Virus record (IMG/VR): IMGVR_UViG_3300044922_000175
Location: 1 to 64,000 of that record
Reading direction: 5' to 3' (one strand)
Source: a virus
Length of the DNA: 64,000 nt
In this document: piece after piece, positions 62,383 to 64,000 of the stretch
Layout of the letters: each line of letters begins with the position of its first letter
How positions within the stretch are numbered: position 1 is the stretch's first letter
Made by a program: the position numbers and the translations under genes
The notes under the pieces: model-generated
Told to the model about the DNA's origin: nothing
Database searches by the model: none
The model's input: the letters and a program-made list of their open reading frames with translations, nothing else

Positions 62383-64000
62383 TTAGTCTAAATACTCAAT
62401 ACCATAACCCTGATCAATCAATGCTTGAATCTCATCAGGATGTAATTCTAATTCAGAACCTTGAGTCATACCACCAAATTGTTTCTTCCAACCTGCGGCA
62501 TTTCTAGCAAAGTTAGCTCTTTTAACTTGTGTTGCACTATAGTCCTCTTTATTTGCAAGTACCTTTCTAGCAAATTCTTGCACACCCATACCGGCTCTAT
62601 TAGCTGACTCAGTAAATTTACCTTTGTTAGCAGGATTAATATAGATACCACCATTCTTCATCTGACCAGTTTGTCCTTGTTGAATAGCTTGCATAATTTT
62701 TTGAATAGCTTCTTGTTGCTCTAAAGGAGGTAACTGTTGTAACATCATCATAAGTTGTTCAGGATCTGTTTGAGTCATCTGTGCATACATTTGAATAGCT
62801 TGCATCATTTCATCTTGTTGACCACCTTGTTGATATACATTACCACCACACTCGTAACAAGGTTGTCCACCTTTACCATACCATGCATTTCCACTAAATG
62901 TAGAACCACCCTTCATCATATTATACATAGCATCCATATCCATTTGACCACCATACATATCAATATCACCACCATACATTCTTCTACCCATTTTACGGAG
63001 TTCTTTATTTGATGGAGTTTGATCAGTGCCTAGTCTTGGATCATTAGAATTCATAAACTCCTGATAACCTCTTTGCTTACGAGCAGCTCTAATTTCAGAG
63101 GCAATAACACCAGCAGCAGTTCCAATACCTAAACCAATACCAGTTATTGTATCATTACGTTTCTTTTTCTTAGCAGCAGCTTCTGCAGCGGCAGCTTTTT
63201 GTTCTTCTGTTAAAGCAGGACCACCTTCTTGAAATCTACGGGCTTGTTGATCAAACGCAGACTTCTGTAAATTAGTACCTTGATTATATACTTTACCGGT
63301 ATTAGGATCCACACCTTGACTAAATGTAGTTGAACTAGAAATACTTCCTGGTGCAGAACTAAATATCCTATCTCCTTTCTGATCTACAAGTGATTGAGGA
63401 TTAGAGGACTGATAATAAGAATAAATATCATTACGTGATGGTACTTCTTTTACACCAGCTTTATTAAATTGCTGAAGCTGTTGATTATAATACTGTTCAA
63501 ATCTAGGATCAGCACCAACACCAGGAGACATAAATGTATTAATAGGAGCAGAACCATAGGTTCCTCCTTCTGCCATATTAGATAATATCTTAGCTTGTAC
63601 GTAAGAAGGTAATGCTTGGAATCCTGCATTACTCGGCTCACCACCATTAGCCCAAGTACCAAAACGTTTATGCCAGTATAAAGGAGAGAAAGGATCTGTA
63701 GCTTTAGATGAGTTTTTACCACCCATTCTATTCCAGAAATTATCTTTACGTTTCTTAGAACCATGTTGGCTAAAGTCTTTCATACCAACATAACCACCAT
63801 GTACAATTTTATACTTATCACCTTTCTTAGCTAGTACCATCCATTTCTTACCAGCTCTATCAGATTTTCTTTTAGCACCTACTTTAGTAAACCCTCTATT
63901 TTTATAACGCTGAGGAATACCACCCATCTTCATCTCTTCCATCTCACCCATGTTCATATCAATATCTTCTTCCTCTTCCGGTCCTTCTTCAGAACCTTCA
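62383..64000 (-). CDS. 5'-truncated modular M/Q/G-rich protein with at least 12 xxGG motifs (putative virion polyprotein)
   Basis: Frame stays open from 63957 to the window end (…EGSEEGPEEEEDID MNMG…), so the true start lies outside the window. Confidence 0.8.
   Translation of the reverse strand, partial: EGSEEGPEEEEDIDMNMGEMEEMKMGGIPQRYKNRGFTKVGAKRKSDRAGKKWMVLAKKGDKYKIVHGGYVGMKDFSQHGSKKRKDNFWNRMGGKNSSKATDPFSPLYWHKRFGTWANGGEPSNAGFQALPSYVQAKILSNMAEGGTYGSAPINTFMSPGVGADPRFEQYYNQQLQQFNKAGVKEVPSRNDIYSYYQSSNPQSLVDQKGDRIFSSAPGSISSSTTFSQGVDPNTGKVYNQGTNLQKSAFDQQARRFQEGGPALTEEQKAAAAEAAAKKKKRNDTITGIGLGIGTAAGVIASEIRAARKQRGYQEFMNSNDPRLGTDQTPSNKELRKMGRRMYGGDIDMYGGQMDMDAMYNMMKGGSTFSGNAWYGKGGQPCYECGGNVYQQGGQQDEMMQAIQMYAQMTQTDPEQLMMMLQQLPPLEQQEAIQKIMQAIQQGQTGQMKNGGIYINPANKGKFTESANRAGMGVQEFARKVLANKEDYSATQVKRANFARNAAGWKKQFGGMTQGSELELHPDEIQALIDQGYGIEYLD

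Noticed and set aside
27789-63764. Plus-strand and alternative-frame track ORFs within minus-strand genes (e.g. 27789, 29970, 30210, 30830, 31491, 33807, 36000, 41148, 47947, 48823, 60845, 62466, 63450)
   Set aside because: They are shadows of long or low-complexity genes. Only 29956..30300 has a coherent architecture and was kept.
1-64000. tRNA genes, stop-codon reassignment, introns/inteins/homing endonucleases, DGR
   Set aside because: No cloverleaf or T-loop match was seen by eye. Long ORFs are intact in the standard code. Polymerase and helicases have normal lengths without inserts, and there is no reverse transcriptase. tRNAscan-SE was not run.

Overview
This window is a dense, AT-rich, standard-code segment of a large tailed phage genome, most likely crAss-like (Crassvirales or a relative) with a Bacteroidota host. 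The host inference rests on a T9SS C-terminal sorting domain, TAnnTTTG promoter boxes and mostly SD-less A-rich starts. (1) 1-6.4 kb (+): an array of small early genes, many joined by a repeated ~25-30 bp junction GGAGGT(AAC/GAGC)AATGA(G/C)AACAATAAACAA that encodes both the end of one gene and the MSNNKQ/MTNNKQQ start of the next. (2) 6.4-25.6 kb (+): a replication and recombination module (SF2 and DnaB helicases, UDG, Sak4-like ATPase, SSB, primase, RusA-like resolvase, vWA-peptidase/MoxR pair, PD-(D/E)xK exonuclease, family B DNA polymerase, two DnaA-domain-IV-like proteins, GroES). It is interrupted by small minus-strand islands, one carrying a holin-like gene and a u-spanin-like gene. (3) 25.7-64 kb (-): PRTase-like, phoH and dcd genes, then an ~8.4 kb envelope operon directly downstream of the holin/endolysin genes. 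That operon encodes a cohesin-dockerin-cohesin-T9SS-CTD protein, a PA14-dockerin protein, a CsgG-like lipoprotein, a putative beta-barrel protein with a nested overprinted ORF, a DUF2589 pair and a secreted zinc peptidase. Beyond it lie three giant virion cargo proteins, including a 4566-aa zincin plus DFDID-type virion RNA polymerase, and two proteins built from modules delimited by repeated xxGG motifs. No capsid, portal or terminase gene, tRNA, CRISPR array, integrase or intron was recognised in the window. All domain calls come from motif recognition by eye, not from database searches.
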